A DNA stretch of 64,000 nt from Basidiobolus meristosporus CBS 931.73 (lineage: Eukaryota; Fungi; Basidiobolomycota), in NCBI GenBank assembly GCA_002104905.1, contig MCFE01000066.1, forward strand, positions 126,382-190,381, written 5' to 3'. The notes beneath the pieces were generated by a model. That model did no database searches. It worked only from the letters and a program-made list of their open reading frames with translations, and was not told the origin of the DNA. The position numbers were made by a program, and so were the translations under genes. Numbering within the stretch: the stretch's first letter is position 1; every line of letters starts with the position of its first letter. Positions 13,388 to 25,558 of this stretch are shown in pieces.

Positions 13388-15116
13388 ATGACAAACCAAA
13401 CAGCAGATCTTACCCCCAAACGTTTGTTCCCAAACTTGAATGGTAACTTGAAGTTACCTTTACTTACCCAGTTTCCTGATACTCCCATTCCAACTGTCAC
13501 CACACCTGCCCATACTCCTTCTCCTCCCGCTACACCAAATGTAATCTCCTCCACCCGGACACACACTGCCAAGAATGTACCCGCGTTTTTGAACAAGCTA
13601 TACAAGTAGGCGCCTATTTTGCAGTATTTCGCTACTTATGATACTCATCGTTGATTATCTAGGATGGTGGATGATTCATCTACCAACGAGCTGATCCGTT
13701 GGTCGGACGATGGTGCCTCTTTTATCGGTAGGTGGCTTTCAATGCTCAGGAAGGCCCTTCATTACCTCGAATAGTTTTCGGTTAACGCTGGATTCTCTTT
13801 AAAAATAGTTACTAAGCATGAAGAGTTTGCGAAAGAAGTTCTACCCAGATTCTTTAAACACAACAATTTCTCGAGTTTCGTTCGGCAGCTAAATATGTAT
13901 GGGTTCCACAAAATCCCACATTTGCAGCAAGGCGTCTTGCAGGCCGACGAGGGTGCTGAACACTGGGAGTTTAGTAATCCTCACTTCTTGAAAAATCAAC
14001 CCGACTTGCTTTGTTTGGTTTCCAGAAAGCGCGGCCGTGAAGCCGACGATAAGGAAGGTGGAGCACTGGATATGAACAACGTTATGAACGAAATTACTGC
14101 CATACGAAAGCATCAGTTTACCATCAGTACCGATTTAAAAAACTTACAGAGAGAGAACCAACAGCTATGGCAAGAAACTTTGGCATCACGTGAGCGGTAC
14201 AACCGTCAACAGGAGACCATAGATAAGATCCTACGCTTCCTTGCCTCTGTGTTTTCATCAGACAAGAAAAGCAAAGAAATTATTCCCAGAAAGCGCCGAT
14301 TACTACTGGGGAATACGGATACTTCGAAAGCGGATGATCCTCACGACAATGAAGAGTATCAGGATTTGAACCTTGACTTCGACCCATCAACAATAGACTT
14401 ACCCTCGGCTTTGAGCAGCCCAAGTTTTGGTAATTATATCATACTGTAACCCTTGCTCAACCATTCCACTAAGACTCTTTTTAGATCCATCATTGTTCAC
14501 TCCACACACATCACAATATGGCACCAGCCCTATTTGTACCGAACTTTTCAACAACATAACACCCATCCCAACAACTGCCACCACCACTCCCACCACACCC
14601 AAGCCAACCGATGTCTTGGCATCAAAACCTTCGACAACTCCAGCTGTTAGCACACCTTCGTCCACATCGCAAACTGTCGCAACACAATTGCCCAACGTGT
14701 TGTCATCTACAAGCAAGTCGGTACCTTTCATTCCGAGCCCAACTGTTAGTGCACAACCATCTGGGCCACTGAGCTCCCATCTGGTAAGCAACGATACGAA
14801 CTCGAATCCGCTTTCTCAAAAGATACCAGAAGGGCAGCTCAGCACAACCACCAAATCACTTGAGGCTATTACCTCGGAAATGGACGAGCTCAACCAAAAT
14901 ATCGAATCGCTTGCATCCTCGTTGGGTATCGACCCGTTGCTTGCTGGAGATCCACTTCTTGATATAGGGGATGTTGACATGGATGAGTTCTTAAACAATT
15001 ATCCAGACATGCTTGACCATAGCCAAGTGAATCACGAGCAGCTCTTATCCATGATGAATCCTACCGCCGATGCAGAGATCCTCAGCAATGTCAAAGGCTC
15101 AAACTCCAAATTCTAG
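13388..15116 (+). CDS. HSF1: Heat shock transcription factor
   Basis: HSF DNA-binding domain NVPAFLNKLY...FFKHNNFSSFVRQLNMYGFHK...WEFSNPHF, followed by the HR-A/B coiled coil LQRENQQLWQE...QQETIDKILRFLA. Confidence 0.92.
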
Positions 15117-15862
15117 GAGATCGACTGCCTCTAGACAGGTTGATTTCCTTGTATTTTTTGTTCAGTGTTTCTAATTTCTTTATTTGTTCCCCCACATAAC
15201 TGTACAGAAGCTAGGTTCATAAATAGTCTCAACACCCTGCCATCCTTCGACCTCAACCTCTTTTTTTATACATGTGTTTTCGTTGACCATCAAGTTTCTC
15301 CCCTATGAATATCTTCGGTGATAGTTCATGATCACTTGCTACTCCATCTCCCATCTCCGTCCGCATATGCCATCTATAAGCTAGCCAGTAGATAATGTTG
15401 TTTGACTATCGTTATGTGAAGATGCTTTAGATAAGCAGAGGGAACCAGGAAGTTCAAGAGACCTGTAAAAATCCAAAATCCTGAGGAAGGATGAATAAAC
15501 TCAATGCTCCTTCCATACAATCATGTACGCACCCCACATATCCTCCGTTTCCCTACTCCGCAAGAAGAACTAATAATAATGAGCTTGCTCACCCGGAGTG
15601 CTGCGGTCAGCCGAGTAGAATCAGGTCACCTGCAATGATTGGTAGAGCGATGGATGAAAAAGGAAAGAAAACAGAAATGGTCTCGTGGATCGAGATAGAG
15701 ATTGGACGAGAGGGCATAAGAAATTTTTTCACCTAGTTGCGATTTCAGCGGTCACATCTGATCTCGGAAAAAATTCGGTTCGTCAAAAGGAATTTGGTTT
15801 GGTAACTGAGGTACTTCGCCTCTAACAACCCTAGATACTCCCTCCTACTATTCTAGCGTGGC

Positions 15863-18800
15863 TTGTTGGTAAGCGAGATGTCCAGACTCCTTTCTTCCCA
15901 TATGACGCTGTTGTCGTCATATGCTCGTCAATATCCATTGACGAGGATTCCCCTTTCCAGTCGAGCGATATTTCATTCTAATCTCAAACCATTGACAACG
16001 GTGCGCTTCAATCATGCGGCTGTACAACGTGACACATTCTATGAGTTGCTCAGCTCTATTTCAACGAAAGTGGCCACGAAGAAGCATAGTTTTGCGGAAG
16101 CTTCGAAGACAGCCGCGAAATCGAAGAGAGGCCAGCCCTTGCGCTCGGACCGTGCCATTTTCAGCAAGCAGCCACAGCAACGGCAACAGCAGCACCCCTT
16201 CGCACACTCCGAAGCCCTCAAGAACAGCAAGTACGTGGAAGTCTTTCGGCACTTCGAGAAAGAGTTCCAAAATAGATATGGCATGCTGCCTCAAGTGAAG
16301 CTTCGCCTAAATGGAAACGCTTACCATGGGGTTTTGGATCCGAGAGGTAAACACGCTCCCAGGAAGACAGTTCAAGGAAACGCCTCCACAATGGATGAGA
16401 CTATCTTCGTTGTGTACAACAAGTTTGCTAAGAACTGGGGCCTTAATCTTCAGAAGATGCATGAGGAGCTCGCGTTTGAAAAGCTCGATCCGTTGATTCG
16501 TGAACGCCTGATTAGGATTCAGGAATTCCACAAGATACGTAAAGAAAAGGGAAAAGCGAACTTGGACATTCTTCAGCGCTTTTGCTCTCTTTACCAATTA
16601 CCAGTTCCCACTCCTACCTGCAGTATTGTTCGCTCAGTCGTTCGCAGTAAAGGAAAAGGAAAGGCTCGTAAATCAACTAGCGAATCCTGGGAAGGAAAGA
16701 TACAAGTCACTTTACCTCCAAAGGCAAACAATGGCAAGGAGGCCATTCTCTACGGTATTGGAAAGGCCGGCAACAAGAGAGTTTCCATGAGCAAAGCTAT
16801 AGAGGATATTACCGAAAAGATCTACCTTACGATACCCCATAACGAGCGGCTCTTTATGTCTAAACAAGAGCTTTCTCTTATCCCAGTGGTGATGAACCTG
16901 AGTCGTTCCAAGGTTGCCCAGTTGGATAGCACTATTCAGTCATTCAAGCAATTCCAGCCATTTGTCAATCAGGCGCCACAATCTCGTCCGAAATTGGACC
17001 CTTTCTCCAGAAAAGAGTTCATCCCTCATCCACATCACATTCACAAAACCACTGTTCGCCCTCCTCCACATGGTGCTATCAAATCCACCCACCTTCCGGT
17101 ATATTCGCACTATACCGAGATTCTGAAGGCGATCAGTGAGAACCAGGTCTCTATCATCTCTGGAGGAACTGGTACAGGAAAAACAACTCAAGTGCCCCAA
17201 TACATTATCGCAGATTTCCTCAACAAACCGCGTGGATCCGCTGCAGTCCCCAATGTCATAGTCACCCAGCCCAGACGTATTGCTGCGGTGTCGGTTGCGC
17301 AACGTGTGGCGGCCGAGAGAAACGAAACGATCGGGAAAAATTCTGCCGTGGGATACAATGTTCGTTTCGAAACCATGCCACCAACTGTGCCTGCCTCCGA
17401 GGGCAGGGTAACCTTTTGCACCACTGGTGTTCTCTTGCGTCGTTTACAGGAGGATCGAAAGCTGGAAGGAATTACCCACATCCTTTTAGATGAGGTGCAT
17501 GAACGAGATATGAATACCGATTTCCTTCTCATGGTCCTTCGAGAGCTGTTGGAGGAACGTCCGGACTTGAAGCTCGTTCTTATGAGCGCTACTGCCGAGA
17601 TCAATCTATTCCAAAACTACTTCCGTCACTACGGTAGCATAGGGAAATTGAGTCTTCCACAGGTGATCGAGATTCCTGGTAGAACGTTCCCCATCAAGGA
17701 ATATTATCTCAATGATTACTATGACAGCCTAAGCCAATACAGCTATCCACTCATGAATTCTCGCGAAACCAAGAACTACATTTCCAACGAGCTGAAAGGG
17801 CGCTCATACGATGACTGTGATTTACCCTTGGATTTGATCGAGACGTTGATTTCCCATATCTCGCTCACCAAGGGTCCAGGTGCAGTCTTGTGCTTCTTGC
17901 CTGGCTGGGAAGAGATGTCGAAGCTTCAACGGCACATGTTGGAGCGGGATATCATGAGAGTGGGCTACAAGGACAAGTCGAAATTCAAGATCATCTGCCT
18001 TCATTCATCAATTCCCATCGCCATGCAGCAGGAGGCATTCAAAAAGGTTCCACCTGGTGTGCGCAAAATCGTGTTGGCCACGAACATTGCCGAGACCAGT
18101 GTGACCATTGATGATATCGTGTACGTGGTCGATACCGCCAAGGTGAAGGAAAAGGTGTTCGACCCTAGTCGTAGGATCACCAGTCTCTCGCCCATCTTCA
18201 CCTCACAGGCCAACATTCGACAAAGAACCGGCCGTGCTGGTCGTTGTCAGCCAGGACAGTACTTCTCACTGATCACTAGAAGCCACAAGTACGCATTACC
18301 TCGGGCTCAAGTACCCGAGTTACTGCGCTCCGATCTTCGCTCCATTTGCCTGCACATTCGAGCCATGGGCTTCAGCGGGCCATTGGGGGCAATCCTTGCC
18401 AAGGCGCCAAATCCACCGAGACATCAAAGCATTCATATGGCCATTGATAACCTGAAATCCCTTGATGCGCTGAACGACGAACAGAATCTCACTCCTCTTG
18501 GTTCGGTGCTGGCTTCACTACCCATCGACCCTGGCTTTGGCAAAATGGTTGTGCTCGGATGCATTTTCAAATGTCTGGACCCGATCCTCACCGTAGCCGC
18601 TGCTTTGGGGAGCAAGGATGTGTTCACTGCGCCACCCGATCTCCGAGACAAACTGAAGCGGGTAAGACGCAAGTGGGCCCAAGGATCCGAATGTGATGCA
18701 CTAACCACAGTGAATGTGGTTCGAGAGTGGGAGAAGATCCGGCATGACAAGCACGAGGAGAACGATTTCTGTGAGCGAAACTTTATCCATCGTATTGGGA

Positions 18801-19747
18801 TTCGAACCATTCATAAGACCAAGCTGCAGCTGAAGGATATCTTGCAGAAGGCTGGCTTTATGGCGCACTCAGCAGCCACACCTGACGAGGATCTTCTTCG
18901 GGAACGTCTTGTAGGTGGCTCAGCGATGAACATCAACTCGAACAATCAAGGATTGATCCGCGCACTACTGACTGCTGGTATGTATCCTAATATCGCCGAG
19001 TCTATGTTCGGCGAGAAGAACAGGATGAAGACCAAATCAGACAAGACCGCATTAATGCATCCGTCATCAGTCAACTACCTACGAAAGGTTGACGAGGAGC
19101 CTGAAAACAACGGCGTCGAAGTCACTTCTTCCACTGACACCGAAGCAGCGGCAGCAGAGCCTTACGAGGGCCAGCAGGTTGAACCGAAGGATATCTTCTC
19201 TGATGCACCCCTACCTGCCGTTAACGAGCCAGATGTGCTCGACAATGAAACCAACGAGCCTATTGTGGAAGAGGAGTTTACTCCTAGCGAGTCAAAGTAC
19301 TTTGCTTTCCATGAGCGCTTCATGACCGAGACATTGTTCCTTCGTGGTACCACCAAGATTGACCCACTTTCCCTGATACTGTTTGGTAAGCTCGACGATA
19401 GTAACACGATCATCGAAGCCGACCGCGACCCCGATCACGCTATTCGCTTCAGCAACAATACGCAACCGGAGGAGCTGAAAGAGAAGCCCAGACTCCCACC
19501 ATCCACCTCGTTTGTCATTGACGATTGGATCAGACTGGGGGTCAATGAGCCTGAAGAGAAGAGGGTTCTTGAAGAAACCCGCGCGTGGTTGGACAGATAT
19601 CTCAGCTACGTGTATTCTCTACCACCCAAGTATCGTCACCAATTCCTCTCGTCGGGTGGGGAGTTGGCCATAGAGTCCGAATCGAAGGAAATGGCGAACC
19701 GATTCATTCACGATATCTCGGATATTCTTGCCACACCGACCGTGTAG
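15863..19747 (+). CDS. DEAH/RHA RNA helicase, DHX30/DHX36-like, intronless, with probable mitochondrial presequence
   Basis: Motifs GGTGTGKTTQ, TQPRRIAA, LDEVHER, MSAT, LATNIAETSVTIDD, QRTGRAGR and an HA2 region. The N-terminus is Arg/Ser/Leu-rich. The true start is probably the ATG at 15878 or later. Confidence 0.9.
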   Translation: MLVSEMSRLLSSHMTLLSSYARQYPLTRIPLSSRAIFHSNLKPLTTVRFNHAAVQRDTFYELLSSISTKVATKKHSFAEASKTAAKSKRGQPLRSDRAIFSKQPQQRQQQHPFAHSEALKNSKYVEVFRHFEKEFQNRYGMLPQVKLRLNGNAYHGVLDPRGKHAPRKTVQGNASTMDETIFVVYNKFAKNWGLNLQKMHEELAFEKLDPLIRERLIRIQEFHKIRKEKGKANLDILQRFCSLYQLPVPTPTCSIVRSVVRSKGKGKARKSTSESWEGKIQVTLPPKANNGKEAILYGIGKAGNKRVSMSKAIEDITEKIYLTIPHNERLFMSKQELSLIPVVMNLSRSKVAQLDSTIQSFKQFQPFVNQAPQSRPKLDPFSRKEFIPHPHHIHKTTVRPPPHGAIKSTHLPVYSHYTEILKAISENQVSIISGGTGTGKTTQVPQYIIADFLNKPRGSAAVPNVIVTQPRRIAAVSVAQRVAAERNETIGKNSAVGYNVRFETMPPTVPASEGRVTFCTTGVLLRRLQEDRKLEGITHILLDEVHERDMNTDFLLMVLRELLEERPDLKLVLMSATAEINLFQNYFRHYGSIGKLSLPQVIEIPGRTFPIKEYYLNDYYDSLSQYSYPLMNSRETKNYISNELKGRSYDDCDLPLDLIETLISHISLTKGPGAVLCFLPGWEEMSKLQRHMLERDIMRVGYKDKSKFKIICLHSSIPIAMQQEAFKKVPPGVRKIVLATNIAETSVTIDDIVYVVDTAKVKEKVFDPSRRITSLSPIFTSQANIRQRTGRAGRCQPGQYFSLITRSHKYALPRAQVPELLRSDLRSICLHIRAMGFSGPLGAILAKAPNPPRHQSIHMAIDNLKSLDALNDEQNLTPLGSVLASLPIDPGFGKMVVLGCIFKCLDPILTVAAALGSKDVFTAPPDLRDKLKRVRRKWAQGSECDALTTVNVVREWEKIRHDKHEENDFCERNFIHRIGIRTIHKTKLQLKDILQKAGFMAHSAATPDEDLLRERLVGGSAMNINSNNQGLIRALLTAGMYPNIAESMFGEKNRMKTKSDKTALMHPSSVNYLRKVDEEPENNGVEVTSSTDTEAAAAEPYEGQQVEPKDIFSDAPLPAVNEPDVLDNETNEPIVEEEFTPSESKYFAFHERFMTETLFLRGTTKIDPLSLILFGKLDDSNTIIEADRDPDHAIRFSNNTQPEELKEKPRLPPSTSFVIDDWIRLGVNEPEEKRVLEETRAWLDRYLSYVYSLPPKYRHQFLSSGGELAIESESKEMANRFIHDISDILATPTV

Positions 19748-19919
19748 TTTTAGATCTCATATTGCAATTTGTACTTTTACCATGCATCCAAACTGTCTAC
19801 CCGTCTCCACCCACCTACCCCATCTATGCCTCAGCAGGAATGTCCGACCCCGCTCTCTCCCTCGATGCTGCATATATAGAATAAAGTCGATGGAAAATTT
19901 ATTATTCACACTGGATGGA

Positions 19920-21268
19920 TCAGACCAACACGGACCAGGGATGCTCGATCTCGCCGTACTGAATGCTCAGCAATGTATCATTGAGACGTCTGGTCAACGG
20001 ACCGGCCTGCGAGTTGGGGTCTTTGGGATCCAAGGGAACCTTGATCTGTTTGCCCTGGTAGCCGATATTCCTGATAGGACTCACGACACAGGCGGTACCC
20101 GTACCGAACATTTCAATGAGCCGGCCCTCCTCCTGGGCTTTCACAATCTCGGACATGGTGATCTCCCGCTCGCTCACCTTGAACTCGTTCCACTCCCTGG
20201 CCAGACCCAGGATGGAGTCTCTAGTGACCCCGGGCAGGATCAATCCGTTGAGAGGAGGTGTGACAAGCTCAGTCTCGCCCTGCTCATTCTTGAGGAAGAC
20301 GAAGCAGTTCATGGTGCCCACTTCGGTTAGCTGGTCGTTCTCTCCGTACAGCCACAGGTTCTGGTGGTATCCCTCCTTGACCGCATTGATTTGGGGGAGA
20401 ATGCCTGGCGCGTAGTTGCCGCCGATCTTCGAGTCGCCAGTACCGCCAGGCCAAGCGCGCACCCGGTCGGTGGTGGCCTGAAGGGAGACCGCCTTGAATC
20501 CGGTCTTGTAGTATGGGCCCACAGGACAGCAGATGACGAACAGCATGGCCCGATCGCTGGGGCCCACGCCGATGAACTCGGAGGTTCCGATCAGAGTGGG
20601 TCGGATATACATGGAATAGCCGCGTTCTGATGGGATCCACCTGAGGTCGGTGCGAACGAGCTCCTTGATGCATTCGGTCAACTCGTCTGTATCAAAGGAA
20701 GGAAGCGTCAGCCTCTCCGAGGAGCGTCGTAACCGTGCGGTGTTCATGTCAGGCCTGAACAGACGGGCCCGTCCCTGCTTGTCCTTGTACGCCTTCATCC
20801 CTTCGAAACACTAGGTCGTAGATCAGCCACGATTCATGCGGGGTTCACTCGAGCACCCGGTCTTACCTCGAACGAATAATGCAACACGGAGGCGCTGGGA
20901 TCCAGGGAGATTTTGCCGTAGGGCTTGATTACAGGTTTGCCCCAGCCGCTCTTGGCTTCCCACTCGACCATCAACATGTTGTCGGTGAAGGTATGTCCGA
21001 ACACCAACTCCTGATTGGGAACCAACTCTTTCAGGTTGTCGTTCGGGGTTTTGCGTATTTCGGATGCCTAAGGGATGCGAGCTAAGTATCTGACAAGGCT
21101 ATGCTAGCGATGGTGTTGTATACTCACGCGAAAAGTGTCGGTATCTGTGGTGGTGGTGGAGTTTAGGCGCCTTTGCATAGCAGTGAAGGAGGACACGGGC
21201 CGGGCTAGCCCAACCGCGGTTTTCTTGGTAAGTATATTAGCTTGACTACAGAGGGACTTTAAAAGCAT
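19920..21268 (-). CDS. BAT1: Branched-chain amino acid aminotransferase, mitochondrial
   Basis: Motifs LVFGHTFTDNM, LHYSFECFEGMKAY, LYIRPT-like MYIRPTLIG, KIGGNYAP, EVGTMN and ILPGVTRDS. N-terminal presequence and 5' introns. Confidence 0.95.
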
Positions 21269-21863
21269 GGTAGATAGGTGAAGTGGTGGGAGGGGTGACC
21301 AGGCGTGCAAAGAGTGCAATTTAAGCGCCTCCGTTCGATCCTTTTATAGCGAGCTTGGGGTGGTAGGAATGGTAGGGTAGAATTTCTCATGCAAGGCGGG
21401 CTGATAAAAACCTTATCGCCCGCGGTCCGCCTGACCGCCAGACATTCATATGTGGAAAATCCGCATCTACATGATCAGTTCGCAGGTACCATTCGCACGC
21501 CGTGTATTCTTCAGGTACGATAAGCAGGTTGTTAATTACCAAGGGCTCAGTCATCGTGAGTAGTATGACTTACTTGGTGACGAAGTATGGTTCATCGTGA
21601 CCAATGGGTAGTGATCGTCTTTGCCAGCATCCATCCTAGCATTGTTTCGAATCTCGATTGAAATCCAGCACCATCACTTGCTTAAACTAACCCCGAATTT
21701 AACCAAGGCCAGATCAGCCTGCTCAACCAACAATACCTATCGGAGGGATTTTGATTCCCATACATTACAGAGATTGTTCACATTGTGAGGTGGTCAACTT
21801 TGTCAACTGAGATATTTATTGCTCTGAACAGTCTCGCACTATTATACTTCTACATTTGCACTC

Positions 21864-24800
21864 ATGTCGATGAGTACGAAGACGCAAGTAAGTTACCTTC
21901 TGCCTGTCCTTTCGTAGAGTCTAGCCCTTAGCTGTTCGACTCGTGCCACATCAACTTTCCCAAGTATTAATCGGAGCGCTTTCTAGCCTTCCTTTAACGC
22001 GGAATATACCTTACCGGGGGTCCTTCATTTTCTTCAAGTCGAATGGCGAAGATTCGAGAAAGACAGGAACGAATGGGAGATTGAGAAGGCTGCCATGAAG
22101 GTATGGATAGGCTTAGATGATCCCTTTTGCGCTTGACCGTTCCCTTCGTATCATCTGCGTCAAGCACGTTCCTTTCAAAACCGATCACATGGTTTCTCTG
22201 CTTACCCCTCCAAACCTCACCTTTATTGACAAGTTATCTCCCTCCAGGCACGTATCGCCTTACTTGAAGGGGAACGACGCGGAATCGAAAACATCAAGGC
22301 AGATTTGATGCGAAGAGTGAAGATGCTGGAGTTTGCCTTACGTAAAGAGAGGTTGATAGTTTCTTGCTTCATGGCACCTCACATTGCGTTACTCACCTAC
22401 CACCACCACCACCACCACCCCCTAGAAACAAATATGTGGAGCTCAACTCTACCGGCAAATCTCCTATCGAACGGTTAGCTTATTCGGAAAAGGAAGCCGC
22501 GCCCTCTGGCCCTTCCACGCTTCCAAAAACCAAGAACGAAGCAAGCAACGGCGACACCAAGGGTAACACCACCTCACTCGAGAGAAAATGAACCATTCAC
22601 AAACGAACTCTATTTTAGCTTCGCTCACGCAGTCTTTCTCCTCGCCCTCCCTCTACTCGCACTTCAACACAACAGGAAACACTAAATCCAAAGCCAAATC
22701 TCGAGACATCCTGAAATCGTCAGTCCATACCAACGTCTATTCCATTCCAGGCGTCCCTGGTACTAACCAACCTCGATTTAGATGCCTACAAGAGGTTACC
22801 TACCTGAGCGATATCTCTTCCACCCCAAACCCGGTGGTTGAGTCCGTGCCCAAGCAGGATGAAAGACCGCGGCAGACTTCAACCCAGGATTCCCACAAGC
22901 CGGCCAGTCCCCAGCCAGCCCCCGTCGAAAACATCACTATCCTCACGAGGCCACGCTCACAATCCGAGACATCCATTCTGAAGCCTGACCCGGCGTTGTT
23001 TAGTGACTCAAGACCAAGAGCCAGCAAAGAAGCCCCGGAAAAGATCGATCCACCTGCTGAAAAACAAGGACCCAGCCCAGAGAGCATGGCCATCGCAATG
23101 AGGTTACTTCAGTCGCTGGAAGAAGTCAACCCACGGCCTAAGGACGCAGATGCGGATGAGAAGAAAAAGCGCAGAATCACAGTTTTGGCCCCACCGACCT
23201 ACAATGGAGACCCACTAGACACACTTGAGAAGCGGGATGATGACGACGACCATGGGATCCAAACTAGAGAGAAATTCGCTAATAGAAAGTCTATATGCCA
23301 GGAGGTTGACCCGGAAGAAGAGGAAAAACTGGTGTGGATAAGCTCGTGACTGCTTACGGGAGCCCCAACTAAACTGCTTACTATTGTAGATCCAGGAAAT
23401 CCAGAGCCAATACAACATCTCATCGGAGAAGCTCACGAACATGATGCAGAAATACGACAGCAAATCCAAAGCGGAAGGGGCAGGTCCGAGCAAGCACTAG
23501 TTTGGCGTCGCCACCCATTTGACTGACCCTCCAATATAGATACTTTGAACGAGCTGAGCTCCCTGACATGGTCACTAGACGACAACGAAGCGTCGACGAA
23601 TGAGGTTGGTTGATGATTAGTAGCTGTTTCTGTTGCACAATCTCATCCGGCGACAATGTAGGGCGCTGCCGAGGCCAAAAAATCGGATGAACGCCTCTGG
23701 AAGCCCAAGATGGCCCTAAGAAGGTAGGGATGCGTTGGATGATACAGCTTTGTGCCCTACTAACGCGTGGCTAGTCATCTGGATACGATCCGATCGATCG
23801 ATTTCCATACGAGAGACCCGGTCCTTGCCTCCGGATCCGAGGATGGTATAGTGAAGATGTGGCGGTTCCGTAAGAACACCGGCAAAAAGTGAGTCTCCTC
23901 GGTTGTCATCATGGACTGGCTGATTCTAAGTGTTTCGGAATAGAACCCAGGAGTGCGAGCCGTACATCAATTTCCGTGGCCACGTCTCGGCTGTCACTGC
24001 GGTGGTGATCGACTCGAAGGCCGATAGATGCTACTCCTCAAGCCTGGATTCCACTATTCGGATCTGGAGTCTTCCCTCGCCCTCGAGAGATTTGTATAGC
24101 TACAACGGTATCTAGAGACGACCTTGTTCCAGATGCGTTTTGCCTCTTTCCTGACCAATTGCCTCTGTAGAATCGGCGTTGTGCTACCACGTCTTGGTCG
24201 GGCATTCTGACTCCGTGTGGGATGTGAAGCTTCTTCCTGGGCAGAACTCGCACAAGATAGCCTCTGCCTCGGCGGATGGAACGGTCAAGATATGGGACGT
24301 CGAGCACAGGCTGACCATCCTGCAAAGTTCCATCGGCTACGATGGCGTCAACGTTGGCGGGGATTCCATCCTCATGGGTAAGCTTGGATAGTCTACTCGT
24401 GGCGCAGCTTCAGCGGCCTAACGCTCCTTCTTTAGACGAATATTCCACAAACCCCACATCCATTGAGTTTAGCCATTCGGAGCCCAACAAATTGATGGTT
24501 GCCTACCAGAACTCCATAATCAGGCTGTTCGACATCGAGACTGGTCAACCGGTCCTGAACTTCAATAGCGACGCCACATACGGTACCTCTTCTTTTCCTC
24601 CTCACACCTTGGCATAGGGGCATTCTAACATTCCGCGAACCAGACTCCACCAGCGCCACCCAGATCAACAAGATCGTTGCTCACCCCACCCTTCCCCTGG
24701 TGATTTCTGCCCACGAAGACCGCTACATCCGCTTCTTTGATATTAATACAGGTACGGCCCCTCCCCACCCCGTCCTCTAACCTCACTGCGCACTAACTGA

Positions 24801-25135
24801 AAGCCACCAGGACAATGCATACACTCTATGATTGCCCATTTAGATTCGGTTTCTGCTCTGGATATCAACCACACTGGACTGCAGCTAGTGTCTGGGGGTA
24901 AGTCACACATCTCCCTCCTTTTGCCTGTCTGTTCTGAACGTCTTTTCTCTTCGCAGGCCACGACTCATCTATACGCATCTGGGACACCACCATGTACAAA
25001 TGCCTCCAAGAATTCAGCTCGCATCGTCGCAAGTCCGATGAGGGGGTATGTAGCGTACGTTACCACCAGTCGCTGCCCTGGCTTGCAAGTGGTGGGGCCG
25101 ATTCGGTCGTAAAAATCTACGGGCCACCTAGTTAG
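21864..25135 (+). CDS. STRN: Striatin (STRIPAK scaffold; Far8/Csc3/PRO11-like)
   Basis: [28 protein letters not shown] and [10 protein letters not shown]...[10 protein letters not shown], then C-terminal WD40 repeats ending [12 protein letters not shown]. Confidence 0.92.
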
Positions 25136-25558
25136 TCCCGATCCTCTCCCCTTCCCCTTCCCCTCTCTTGCATATGCTGAATCGGAAAACCGCCTTCGCC
25201 CACTTATCACATCCTTATCCCAACGGCTAATAATTGGAATTATTGTTAATAAACTGCCTTCCACACTACGCCTTACCACCGCCTCCCTTGTGACTTCGGA
25301 ATGCCTTCACAGTCACCAGGGCCGAAGAAACGTCGGCACTCTGAGCCGTCGGGACGGGTTGCCTAATATGGACCGATCCACCGAAATCCACCATGAATGC
25401 TGGCCGGTGATGGACGGACTGGAGATGGAAAAAGAATTTTTCGAGGGGGAACTTTTTTTTTTGAACGGCCTTTTTTTTTCTTTCTTAGGTTTACCTGGGC
25501 GAATTGACAAGCAGCCTATTCTGTTAGGGGGGTCTGACTTGCTCTTTGCTAAACTAGA

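Noticed and set aside
15719-15733. AAATTTTTTCA upstream of the helicase as an RRPE element
   Set aside because: It is a single low-complexity match, and there is no equivalent clear match upstream of UTP20, where one would be most expected.
21930-21950. GTTCGACTC in striatin intron 1 as a tRNA T-loop or B-box
   Set aside because: The flanks do not form a T-stem or cloverleaf. I found no tRNA or rRNA gene in the window.
22398-22425. (CAC)n tract encoding poly-Pro in ORF 22364-22591
   Set aside because: It lies inside a striatin intron (GTTGAT...CCCCTAG) and is a simple microsatellite.
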